The notes below the pieces were generated by a model, which saw only the letters and a program-made list of their open reading frames with translations, did no database searches and was not told where the DNA came from. This document shows positions 10,111 to 18,630 of a stretch of DNA of 64,000 bases, one piece after another; position 1 is the first letter of the stretch, and every line of letters begins with the position of its first letter. The position numbers and the translations under genes are program-made. Source of the stretch: an uncultured delta proteobacterium (lineage in GTDB: Bacteria > Myxococcota_A > UBA9160 > SZUA-336); contig CAVPHD010000009.1 in NCBI GenBank assembly GCA_963704165.1, positions 128,001-192,000 on the forward strand, in the 5' to 3' direction.

Positions 10111-10458
10111 TGCCCGGAGCGGGGCTCGAACCCGCATGAGGCTCGCGCCTCAAAGGATTTTACGCGTGTCCGGAGATTTCTCTCCGGGGCGGACTATCTC
10201 TTCACCCCACGTCGCGCGACGCTCGCCGCGAACCTGGGGTGCTGGGCGCTCTTCGGCGGGGATTATCGTTGGGGCTCACCCCGCTAGTCTCTGCACCTTC
10301 CGCGGAACCTCTGCCCTCCGCGGCTTGGCTCAGGATTACCCTGCGTGCGCGGTCGCTCGTTTAGGCTTCCCTGAGTTCACCCAGTTTCTTACCCGCGTGT
10401 TGCCACGCGGGAGACCCATCCTCGAGTCCCTCGTGTCTACCTGTTCCACCATCCGGGC
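10111..10458 (-). tRNA. tRNA-Leu(TAA), interrupted by a group I intron; exons 10425-10458 and 10111-10162
   Basis: Spliced sequence GCCCGGA TG GTGGAACAGGTAGACAC G AGGGA CT|TAA AA TCCTT TGAGGCGCGAGCCTCA T GCGGG TTCGAGC CCCGC TCCGGGC A: class II cloverleaf, A73; follows tRNA-Cys as in the common Cys-Leu(UAA) order. Confidence 0.93.
10163..10424 (-). ncRNA. Group I self-splicing intron (262 nt, no ORF)
   Basis: P1 exon GGGACU pairs with IGS GGUCUC with U-G at the 5' splice site; P2 with GCAA loop; P AACUCAGGGAA (10367-10377), Q AAUCCUGAGC (10328-10337), R GUGCAGAGACUA (10285-10296), S AAGAGAUAGUCC (10191-10202); P3 CUGGGUG/CGCCCAG; P7 GACUA/UAGUC; P8 CACCCCA/UGGGGUG; P9 CCGGAGA-GAAA-UCUCCGG; terminal G. 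Confidence 0.95.
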
Positions 10459-10511
10459 ATCGACAGCGTAGCGCGAACTGAAGCGACGGGTGTGCCGGGC
10501 TGGAGTGGAGA

Positions 10512-10582
10512 AGGCGCCGCCCGGATTCGAACCGGGGATAAAGGCTTTGCAGGCCTCTGCCTTACCACTTGGCCACGGCGCC
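10512..10582 (-). tRNA. tRNA-Cys(GCA)
   Basis: GGCGCCG acceptor, GAGGC-CT GCA AA-GCCTT, TTCGAAT, U73 discriminator. Confidence 0.96.
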
Positions 10583-10624
10583 GACGGAGAAGCACCTACC
10601 ATATACGGATTCGAGGGAGTGCCT

Positions 10625-11080
10625 TCAAGACAGCGCGTCGAGTCCGGGAGCACGCGCGCGGGAGAAACCGATGCGCACGAGCACCCCGTCGGCATCGAGA
10701 TCGACCGCTTCGAAGAGTTCCGTCTGAGCGCGGCGCGTGAACCGGGCCTCGAATCCGCTCGCCAGCGTGCAGCGAAGCGTTCCGTCGAGATCGACGCGGA
10801 GCGTCTCCGCGAGGAGCGGTTCGCGCGATCGGTCCGAGAGCGCGAGATCACCGGTCGCCTCGTCGTAAGAGTCGACGAAGAAGGCCGTGTCCTCGACGTC
10901 GAGCCAGCCGCGAAATCGGCCGATCTGCACGACGAAGGTCTGCTCGGTCGATGCCCAGCGCACGCCCGCGAGGAACGCCTCCCGAAGCCGCGCATGCGTT
11001 ACGCGTACTCCTTGGTGCCAGAAGCTCCCGTCGCGGCGAAGGACGAGCCCGAACGGCGCGAGCGGATGTGGGCCGCTCAG
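10625..11080 (-). CDS. DUF1285-like protein (start uncertain, possibly CTG overlapping the upstream stop)
   Basis: LRRDGSFWHQG...HARL...F...WLDVEDTAFFV...ARFTR pattern recalled as DUF1285 family. Confidence 0.65.
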   Translation of the reverse strand: MSGPHPLAPFGLVLRRDGSFWHQGVRVTHARLREAFLAGVRWASTEQTFVVQIGRFRGWLDVEDTAFFVDSYDEATGDLALSDRSREPLLAETLRVDLDGTLRCTLASGFEARFTRRAQTELFEAVDLDADGVLVRIGFSRARAPGLDALS

Positions 11081-11313
11081 AGCGACTCCCGCGTCACGCT
11101 CCCGTCGGCCGAGGCGCCAAGGACGCCGCGACAGTCGTAGCGATGCCAGTACACGATCCGACTCGCGCCGTGCTCGAGCCGGTAGATCCACTTCTCGTTC
11201 CAGCGCACGCCGTTCTCTTCGTACGTGCGCGGGTCGTTCACACTGCCGACGACCTCGTCCGGAATCCCGAACCGCTCGCGGACGGAGCCATGTGTCAGCT
11301 CGCTAGCGGTCAC
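11077..11313 (-). CDS. Small hypothetical protein (78 aa) overlapping the nuoD stop
   Basis: GTG start overlaps nuoD end; FGIPD...EKWIY pattern loosely resembles BamE/SmpA-like small folds. Confidence 0.55.
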   Translation of the reverse strand: MTASELTHGSVRERFGIPDEVVGSVNDPRTYEENGVRWNEKWIYRLEHGASRIVYWHRYDCRGVLGASADGSVTRESL

Positions 11314-12526
11314 ATTCCCCTCCGATCATGTTGATCATGTCGAAGGTCGGAACGATGTCGGCGAGCATTCCACCGACCAGCATGTCCCGCATCGGAGCGA
11401 CGTTCGCGAAGCTCGGTGGCCGACACCTCACCTTGTAGGGCTTGCCCGTTCCGTCGGAGACGACGTAGAAACCGAGCTCGCCGTTCGGCGACTCGACGGC
11501 CGCGTAGGCCTCGCCCGCCGGAACCTGGATGCCCTCGGTCACGCCCTTGAACTGCTGGATCAGCTCCTCCATGCGACCGAAGACGCGATCCTTTGCGGGC
11601 CATCGGACGCGCGGGTCCGCCACGTTCACCGGCTCACCAGCGGTCTTCTCCAGCACCGGCACGCATTGCCGGATGATGCGAATGCTCTGGACCAGTTCCT
11701 CCTGACAGACGAGAAAGCGATCGTAGTTGTCGCCAGTCGTCCCGACCGGGATGTCGAAGTCGATCTCTTCGTAGGCGAGATACGGCTCGGCCTTGCGCAG
11801 GTCGAGAGGAACGCCGGCCGCGCGAAGCAGAGGCCCCGTCACCCCATACGCGATCAGCTTCTCGAGCGGGAGCATGCCGGTATTCCTGAATCGATCGACG
11901 AAGATCCGATTCGAAGTCACGACCTTGTCGAAGTCGAGAAGCAGTTCCTCGATCCGGACGAGTGAGCTCGCGAGCCGCTCGAGGAACTTCGGCGTGACCT
12001 CGCGCTGCACGCCGCCGATTCGCACGTAGTTGGACGTCACACGTGCGCCGCAGAGCATCTCCTGCAGATCCCAACAGTGCTCGCGCGCCTCGATCCCATA
12101 CAGGAATGGCGTCATCGCGCCGAGCTCGAGACAGGCGGCGCCGAGTCGGGTCAGGTGGTCGCCGATGCGAGAGAGCTCGCTCGCGAGCGTTCGAACCCAC
12201 TGGCCGCGGCGCGGGATCTCGCAACCGAGCAGCTTCTCGACCGACATGCAGAACGCCAGGTTCGCGAGAATCGCCGAGTTGTAGTTCAACCGATCGGTGT
12301 AGGGGATGGCCTGATACCAGGTCCCGCTCTCGCACTCCTTCTCGAACCCGCGGTGCAAGTAGCCGACCTGCACGTCCATCTCGACGATCTGCTCACCGTC
12401 GATCTCGAGCATGATCTTGACCGTGCCGTGGGTCGCCGGGTGCGACGGCCCCATCGAGATCAGTTGGGTCTCGGTGTGAAGGTCACCCTTCGGGCGTGCG
12501 GACGGGGATGCGACGGGCGAAGCCAA
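11303..12526 (-). CDS. nuoD: NADH-quinone oxidoreductase subunit D (49 kDa, quinone-binding)
   Basis: MGPSHPATHG, GYLHRGFEK, YTDRLNY, ESPNGELG, RPPSF, GECDR C-terminus; no NiFe-binding CxxC pairs. Confidence 0.95.
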   Translation of the reverse strand: MASPVASPSARPKGDLHTETQLISMGPSHPATHGTVKIMLEIDGEQIVEMDVQVGYLHRGFEKECESGTWYQAIPYTDRLNYNSAILANLAFCMSVEKLLGCEIPRRGQWVRTLASELSRIGDHLTRLGAACLELGAMTPFLYGIEAREHCWDLQEMLCGARVTSNYVRIGGVQREVTPKFLERLASSLVRIEELLLDFDKVVTSNRIFVDRFRNTGMLPLEKLIAYGVTGPLLRAAGVPLDLRKAEPYLAYEEIDFDIPVGTTGDNYDRFLVCQEELVQSIRIIRQCVPVLEKTAGEPVNVADPRVRWPAKDRVFGRMEELIQQFKGVTEGIQVPAGEAYAAVESPNGELGFYVVSDGTGKPYKVRCRPPSFANVAPMRDMLVGGMLADIVPTFDMINMIGGECDR

Positions 12527-12536
12527 CTCGAATCTC

Positions 12537-13052
12537 CTAGTTCCGCGGTCCGATGAGCGGCTGGCGCCGTTCCTTCGGGTAGTCCTTGCGCAACGGATGG
12601 CCCTTGAACTCGTCGTAGAGCAGGATCCGACGCAGGTCGGGATGTCCGCGGAAGCTGATCCCGTACAGGTCGAAGACCTCGCGCTCCAGCCAGTTCGCCG
12701 CCTCCCAGAGCGAGCAGAGGGAGTCCGCCTCGCACGGTGCCTCCGGCACCCCCACTTTCACGCGAAGGCGATGGTGGATCACGGACGTCCGGTCCTCGCG
12801 CGGCGATGCGTCGATCGAGGCAAGGTGGTAGACGATCTCGAAGCGCGGCTCGCGGCCGAGGTAATCGACCGCGGTCAGGTCGATCAGGAAGTTGAACGCG
12901 AGCTCCGGGTCGAGCTTGAGTCGCTCGAGGCACTCGCGTGCTCGCGCGAGCGGCACGAGCACGGTCGCGTCGCCGCGATGACAATGGGAGTCGAGCACGT
13001 CGCCGCCGAGCAGCCGCTTCACACGATCGATCAGACTCTCGGGGGACGTCAT
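12537..13052 (-). CDS. nuoC: NADH-quinone oxidoreductase subunit C
   Basis: [51 protein letters not shown]. Confidence 0.95.
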   Translation of the reverse strand: MTSPESLIDRVKRLLGGDVLDSHCHRGDATVLVPLARARECLERLKLDPELAFNFLIDLTAVDYLGREPRFEIVYHLASIDASPREDRTSVIHHRLRVKVGVPEAPCEADSLCSLWEAANWLEREVFDLYGISFRGHPDLRRILLYDEFKGHPLRKDYPKERRQPLIGPRN

Positions 13053-13597
13053 GCCGGGCGAGCGTAGTCGCGGCGAATCAGGTCGAGCCGACGCTTCACC
13101 TGCTCCTCCGTCCGCAACAGATCCTTCATGTGGAAAAGCATCGGCTCGCGCTCGGTCGTCGCGAGTTCGACGACGCGACTCATCACGATCGCCTCCTCCG
13201 GGCAGGCCTCTTCGCAGAGCCCGCAGAACATGCAGCGCGACATGTCGATGTCGAAGACCGCGGGAATGCGCTCGATCCGGTCCGTCGTCTCGGTGGGCAG
13301 AATCGTGATGCAGTCGGTCGGGCAGGCGAACTCGCACAGACCACACGCGACACACTTCGGTTTTCCACTCTCGAGCTGCACGAGCACCGGATGACCGCGA
13401 AACGCGTCGGCGTAGTCGAGCCGCTCTTCGGGGTACTGCACGACGAAGGTGGAGGGCTTGCCGATGATGTAGCCCCACAAGTTCCGGAAGAACGCGCGCG
13501 CGGTGACCGAGAGCCCGACGAAGATCGTCGGCAGGTACAGGCGCTCGGCCCAACCGAGGCGCTCATTGCGCCGCACCTTCACCACCCGTCCCGGCAC
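13049..13597 (-). CDS. nuoI: NADH-quinone oxidoreductase subunit I (2x[4Fe-4S])
   Basis: QYPEE...[17 protein letters not shown] and [15 protein letters not shown] start chosen at 13597. Confidence 0.93.
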   Translation of the reverse strand: MPGRVVKVRRNERLGWAERLYLPTIFVGLSVTARAFFRNLWGYIIGKPSTFVVQYPEERLDYADAFRGHPVLVQLESGKPKCVACGLCEFACPTDCITILPTETTDRIERIPAVFDIDMSRCMFCGLCEEACPEEAIVMSRVVELATTEREPMLFHMKDLLRTEEQVKRRLDLIRRDYARPA

Positions 13598-13634
13598 TTC
13601 GACCCCCGCGCCTCGAATCCCCAAGCGCGGCGCG

Positions 13635-13662
13635 ATTATAGAATAGGGCGACTCGGATTCAA
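13635..13662 (-). promoter_or_regulatory. Putative sigma70 promoter for nuoI-nuoC-nuoD
   Basis: TTGAAT-N16-TATAAT on minus strand; AT-rich patch in GC-rich DNA; -35 overlaps the lipA stop. Confidence 0.6.
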
Positions 13663-14561
13663 CCGAGCGCGGCGGCGGCGAGCGCCTCGGCACGGTAGGA
13701 ACTGCGGACGAGCGGACCCGAGAAGACCTCCGTGAAACCGAGCCGTCGCGCCTCGTTCGCCCAGGCCTCGAACTCGTCGGGCGTGACCCAGCGGGCGACG
13801 GGCAGGTGCTCCGCGCTCGGCGGCAGGTACTGGCCCATCGTCAGCAGCCCACAGCCCCGAGCGCGAACGTCAGTGAGCGTGGTCCGGATCTCGGCCTCGG
13901 TCTCACCGAGGCCGAGCATCAGTCCCGTCTTCGTCGGGATGTCGGGGCGCAGACGAGCGGCATTCGCGAGCACCTCCAGCGAGCGCTCGTATCTGCCAGC
14001 CTTGCGGACCGACCGCTGCAGGCGCTCGACCGTCTCGAGGTTGTGATTCAGAACGTCCGGCGATGCCGCAAGGACGATGCCGAGCGCATCGACCGAGCCC
14101 TTCAGGTCCGGGATCAGGACCTCGATCTTGCAGCTCGGCGCGCTCGCGCGGATCGACTCGATCGTGCGCGCGAAGTGCGCGGCACCACCGTCGGCGAGGT
14201 CGTCCCGAGCCACGGCGGTCACGACCGCGAAGCGCAGACCCAGCCGCGCGACGGCCTCCGCCACGCGGTCGGGCTCGTCCTCGTCGAGCGCGTCCGGGCG
14301 CCCCGTCTTGACGTCGCAGAACCCGCAGGCGCGCGTGCACAGGTTCCCGCCGATCATGAAGGTCGCCGTTCCGTGGGACCAGCACTCCCCCAGGTTCGGA
14401 CAGGCCGCAGATTGACAGACCGTGTGGAGCCGTTCCTCCCGCACGAGCACGCGCAAGCGCTCGAGCTCGGGGGTCTGGCGGTAGCGAACGCGAAGCCAGG
14501 CGGGTCGCCCCGGCCGCGACTCCGGCTCGCTCGGGCCGTCGATCTGCAGCAACTCGCTCAT
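13659..14561 (-). CDS. lipA: Lipoyl synthase
   Basis: LHTVCQSAACPNLGECW, radical SAM CTRACGFC, HNLETV, GQYL, GPLVRSSYRA. Confidence 0.97.
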   Translation of the reverse strand: MSELLQIDGPSEPESRPGRPAWLRVRYRQTPELERLRVLVREERLHTVCQSAACPNLGECWSHGTATFMIGGNLCTRACGFCDVKTGRPDALDEDEPDRVAEAVARLGLRFAVVTAVARDDLADGGAAHFARTIESIRASAPSCKIEVLIPDLKGSVDALGIVLAASPDVLNHNLETVERLQRSVRKAGRYERSLEVLANAARLRPDIPTKTGLMLGLGETEAEIRTTLTDVRARGCGLLTMGQYLPPSAEHLPVARWVTPDEFEAWANEARRLGFTEVFSGPLVRSSYRAEALAAAALG

Positions 14562-15216
14562 GCGAATGCCTTGCGCAACGCGCCTTCGACGCGGGCGACC
14601 ACGGCCTCGAAGTCGAGCTCCCGTCCGAGAACACTCGCCATGCTGACCATCCGCACGCCGGCCAGGCCGCACGGCACGATCACGTCGAAGCGCGCGAGAT
14701 CGCAGTTCACGTTCAAGGCGAACCCGTGCAGCGTCCGCCAGCTGCGCAAGCCGACGCCGATCGATGCGATCTTACGTCGCGGATCCAGCCAGACTCCTGC
14801 GTACCCGTCGCGCCGACACGCGTCGATGCCGAAGTCGTCGAGCGACTTCGATCAACGCGGCCTCGAGCCTGCGCAGGTACGCGTGGACGTCGGCAGCCGT
14901 GGCGCTGCAGATCGAGAAGCGGGTAGCCGACGAGTTGTCCCGGGCCGTGCCAGGTGACGTCGCCTCCGCGATTCACCCGGAAGCACGTCGTAGCCGAGCC
15001 GTCGCAGATCCGCGTCGTCCGCGAGCGCACGATCGCGTCCTTCGCGCCGCGGCCGTAGGTGATCACGTCCGGGTGCTCGAGCAGGAGGATCGTCTCCGCG
15101 CCTTCGCCACGTGCGAGCCGGGCACGAAGGTCCTCCTGCAGCGCCAGCGCCTCCGCGTAGCGAACGCAGCCGAGCCGCCGGACGTCGAGCCCTTCAGGTA
15201 CCGAAGCCGTGTCCAT
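14558..15216 (-). CDS. lipB: Lipoyl(octanoyl) transferase (several apparent frameshifts)
   Basis: Fragments across frames: LLLEHPDVITYGR, RGGDVTWHGPGQLVGYP, RKIASIG, HGFALNV...IVPCGL. Confidence 0.9.
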
Positions 15217-16657
15217 CCTGAACCAACTCGCGTGGGGTCTCGAGCAAGCGTTTGATCTCGGCGAGGAACAGCGCCGCACGCACGCCATCGAGCACGCGAT
15301 GATCGACGGAGAGACCGAGCGTCGTCAGCGAGCCGATCTCGATCCTCCCCTCGCGCACGACCGGCCGCTCGGCGATCGCCGACACCGCCAGGATCGAACT
15401 CTGTGGCGGCGTGATGATCGCGTAGAACCGATCGACTCCGAACATGCCGAGATTCGAGATCGTGAACGTCCCGTCGGCGTAGTCCGCAGGCTGGAGCTTG
15501 CGCATGCGCGCACGCTGGATCAGCGAGTTCGCCTCCTCGGCGAGCTGCCAGACCGACTTTCCCTGACAGTCCTTGACCGTCGGCGCGACCAACTCGTCCT
15601 GCACGTCGACGGCGAGACCGATGTTGATCGCCTCGTACAGCGCGATGTCGTTCTCTTCGGTGCGGAAGGTCGCGTTCACCATCGGGAAGCGTTCGAGCGC
15701 GAGCGCGCACGCCTTGATCATCAGGTGCGTGTAGGTGAGTCGCGCGCGCTTGTCGCCGGCCTCGCGATTCGCCTGGTCACGCTCCTCGCGCAGCGCGTCG
15801 GTCGAGACGTCGACCTGCACGTAGAAATGCGGCGCTTCGGCCTTGCTGCGGACCATGTTCCGGATCAGCGCCTTGCGCTTCTGCGAGAGTTGCAACGCGC
15901 CGCGGAAGAGCTCCGACTCGCGTTCCTTTCCGATCGTCTTCTCGCGCTTCCAGTGTTCGAGCAGGTCGGACTTCGTGATCCGCCCGCCCGGGCCACTGCC
16001 CTTCACCGCGTCGAGGTCCGTGCCGACATCGCTGGCCATGCGCAACGCCAGCGGCGTGGCGCGGGTACCGTCGGCCTCGGGCTCCTGCGCAGCGAGCTCG
16101 CTGAGATACGATTCGAGATCCGCGACGAGGATCGCGCCCCCCGGACCCGTGCCCGTGAGCTCGGTCAGATCGATCGACTTCTCCTCGGCCATGCGCCGCG
16201 CACGCGGGGTCGCTCGCAGCCGACCGTCGTCCTCGACGAGCGGCGGCTGAACGCGGTCGCCCGAAACCATCGCAGGTGAAGCCGCGAGGGCCTTCGCCGC
16301 GGCCGGCGCGGGGCTCTTCGCCTCTGGCGCACGCGTCGGAACCGCCGGGGTGCTCGGGGCCGGAGGCGCGGTCTGCGACTGCGGCGCCGACGCTGCCGCC
16401 ACGTCATCCTCGCTCTCGCCCGGCAGACGGATGACTGCGATCAGAGTGCCGACCGGCACGGTTTCACCCGCCTCGACGACGATCTGCGCCAGCACGCCCT
16501 CGGTGTACGCCTCGAATTCCATGTCGGCCTTGTCGGTCTCGATCTCGGCGATCACTTCGCCGCGTTTCACGCCGTCGCCGACCCGCTTCCGCCAGGCGAT
16601 CAACCGCCCCTCTTCCATCGTGTCGGAGAGTTTGGGCATGCGGATTTGCTTGGGCAT
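15194..16657 (-). CDS. pdhC: Pyruvate dehydrogenase E2, dihydrolipoamide acetyltransferase
   Basis: MPKLSDTMEEG, lipoyl ETDKA, two subunit-binding repeats (RATP...GTGPGGAI and RATP...GSGPGGRITKSD), TFTISNLGMFG, DHRVLDG. Confidence 0.93.
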   Translation of the reverse strand: MPKQIRMPKLSDTMEEGRLIAWRKRVGDGVKRGEVIAEIETDKADMEFEAYTEGVLAQIVVEAGETVPVGTLIAVIRLPGESEDDVAAASAPQSQTAPPAPSTPAVPTRAPEAKSPAPAAAKALAASPAMVSGDRVQPPLVEDDGRLRATPRARRMAEEKSIDLTELTGTGPGGAILVADLESYLSELAAQEPEADGTRATPLALRMASDVGTDLDAVKGSGPGGRITKSDLLEHWKREKTIGKERESELFRGALQLSQKRKALIRNMVRSKAEAPHFYVQVDVSTDALREERDQANREAGDKRARLTYTHLMIKACALALERFPMVNATFRTEENDIALYEAINIGLAVDVQDELVAPTVKDCQGKSVWQLAEEANSLIQRARMRKLQPADYADGTFTISNLGMFGVDRFYAIITPPQSSILAVSAIAERPVVREGRIEIGSLTTLGLSVDHRVLDGVRAALFLAEIKRLLETPRELVQDGHGFGT

Positions 16658-16679
16658 CGGAGTTCTCCCGGGCGTTCGG

Positions 16680-17654
16680 CTAGAGCGTGATCTTGAGCAC
16701 GGCGTCGACGATTCGCTGCGCATCGGGAATCGCGAGCTTCTCGAGGTTTGCGGCGTACGGCGTCGGGACGTCGGCGGCGGCCACCCGCTGCACCGGCGCT
16801 TCGAGCTCGTAGAACAGCGCCTCGTGGATCTGGGACGCGATCTCGGCGCCGACGCCGACGGTGCGCCAGCCCTCTTCGGCCACCACGGCACGGCGCGTGC
16901 GAAGGACCGAACGCAGAATCGTGTCGCGATCGAGCGGATCGAGCGTGCGCATGTCGATCACTTCCGCCTCGATGCCCTCGTGCGCGAGCAGGTCCGCGGC
17001 GCGAAGCGCCTCGTGCACCATCTTGGACCAGGCCACGATCGTGACGTCGCGCCCGGGCCGCTTGATGTCGGCGACGCCGAACGGGAGCAGGTACTCGCCC
17101 TCGGGCACCTCCCCCTTCGAGTTGTAGAGCGTCTCGTGTTCGATGAAGAGGACCGGGTCGTCGCAGCGGATGGCGGTCTTGAGAAGTCCCTTCAGGTCGT
17201 ACGGCGTCGATGGCAGCACCACTCGGATGCCGGGCGAGTTCACGAACCACGACTCGATCGAGTGCGAGTGCTGCGCACCCTTCTGCGTTCCACCACCCGC
17301 CGCGGCGCGGATCACCATCGGCAGATTCACCTGCCCGCCGAACATGTACCGCGCCTTCGAGACGTGGTTGATGATCTGGTCCATCGCGACGATGCCGAAG
17401 TTCAGCGTCATCAACTCGGCGACCGGGCGCATTCCGGTCATCGCGGCGCCCATCGCGACGCCGATGATTCCCGCTTCCGCGATCGGCGTATCCCGAACTC
17501 GGCGCGCGCCGAACTCCGCCATCAGTCCCTCGGTCGCGCGGAACGTGCCGCCGACGAGGCCGACGTCCTCGCCGAGCAGGAACACGCGCGGGTCGCGCGT
17601 CATCTCCTCGGCAAGCGCCTGCGAAACGGCTTCGTAGTAGCGGATCTCAGGCAC
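16680..17654 (-). CDS. pdhB: Pyruvate dehydrogenase E1 beta subunit
   Basis: GEDVG, DTPIAE, GAQHS, DPVLFIEHE, EVIDMRTLDPLD. Confidence 0.93.
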   Translation of the reverse strand: MPEIRYYEAVSQALAEEMTRDPRVFLLGEDVGLVGGTFRATEGLMAEFGARRVRDTPIAEAGIIGVAMGAAMTGMRPVAELMTLNFGIVAMDQIINHVSKARYMFGGQVNLPMVIRAAAGGGTQKGAQHSHSIESWFVNSPGIRVVLPSTPYDLKGLLKTAIRCDDPVLFIEHETLYNSKGEVPEGEYLLPFGVADIKRPGRDVTIVAWSKMVHEALRAADLLAHEGIEAEVIDMRTLDPLDRDTILRSVLRTRRAVVAEEGWRTVGVGAEIASQIHEALFYELEAPVQRVAAADVPTPYAANLEKLAIPDAQRIVDAVLKITL

Positions 17655-18621
17655 CGGCTTCCTCCACGTACAGATCCTGGTACAGCGCCTCTGGCGCCGG
17701 CCGCGGGCTCGCCTCCGCGAAGCTCATCGCGTCGGTCACCACCTCGTTCGCCTCGGCCTGGAACGCTTCGAGCCGCGCGGCGTCGACGATCCCGGCCTCG
17801 AGCATCGACTTCGCCAGCCGCGGGATCGGGTCGCGCTTCTTCCAGAGCTCCGCCTCGGCCACGCTTCGGTACTTGCCGGCATCGGTCATCGAGTGACCCT
17901 GGTAGCGATAGCAGCGCGCCTCGAGCAGGACCGGCCCCCCACCCTGTCGCGCGTAGCGGACGAGCTCCTCGCATTTTTCGCGCACCGCGAGCACGTCCAT
18001 GCCGTTCACGACGTGTCCGGGGATGCCGTAACCCTGCGCCTTCTTGTGGATCTCGTTGAAGGCCGACGAGGTGCGCACGTCCGTGCCGATCCCGTAGAAG
18101 TTGTTCTCGCAGACGAAGACCACGGGTAGATTCCAGAGCTTCGCCATGTTCAGCGCCTCGTGGAAGACGCCCTGGTTCGAAGCGCCATCTCCGAAGAAGT
18201 TCATCACGACGGCATCGCGATTCTGCATCTGCATCGACAGCGCGGCGCCGACGCCGATCGGCAGGTTCCCGCCGACGATTCCGTAGCCGCCGAGGAAGTA
18301 CCGCTGCGCGTCGAAGAAGTGCATCGACCCGCCCTTCCCCTTGCAAATCCCCGTCGCGCGACCGTAGAGCTCGGCCATCAGCGAGCGCGCCGAAGATCCG
18401 CGCACCAACGCGTGAGCATGGACCCGGTACGTGCCGATCGCGTAGTCGTCGTGGTTCAACGCGGTGATCGAACCGGTCGCGACGGCCTCCTGGCCGATGT
18501 ACAGATGCGTGAAGCCGCCGATGAACCCGTCGGCGTAGGCCTCGGCCACGCCTTCCTCGAAGCGGCGGATCAGCACCATGTTGCGGTACATGGTGATCTG
18601 GTCGGCGGTGGCGATCGTCAT
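17647..18621 (-). CDS. pdhA: Pyruvate dehydrogenase E1 alpha subunit
   Basis: GFTHLYIGQEA, KGKGGSMH, TPP motif GDGASNQG...ENN, YRYQGHSMTD. Confidence 0.93.
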   Translation of the reverse strand: MTIATADQITMYRNMVLIRRFEEGVAEAYADGFIGGFTHLYIGQEAVATGSITALNHDDYAIGTYRVHAHALVRGSSARSLMAELYGRATGICKGKGGSMHFFDAQRYFLGGYGIVGGNLPIGVGAALSMQMQNRDAVVMNFFGDGASNQGVFHEALNMAKLWNLPVVFVCENNFYGIGTDVRTSSAFNEIHKKAQGYGIPGHVVNGMDVLAVREKCEELVRYARQGGGPVLLEARCYRYQGHSMTDAGKYRSVAEAELWKKRDPIPRLAKSMLEAGIVDAARLEAFQAEANEVVTDAMSFAEASPRPAPEALYQDLYVEEAGA

Positions 18622-18630
18622 GCGCGACTC

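Noticed and set aside
10420..10458. Reading the 5' exon as a tRNA with anticodon CGA (Ser) or as a tRNA fragment/att site
   Set aside because: CGA is the first three intron bases; the matching 3' half lies 262 nt downstream and restores a complete Leu(UAA) cloverleaf.
11303..12526. NuoD-like ORF as a group 4 [NiFe]-hydrogenase large subunit
   Set aside because: Lacks the N-terminal RxCGxC and C-terminal DPCxxC motifs and keeps complex I quinone-site His and Tyr motifs.
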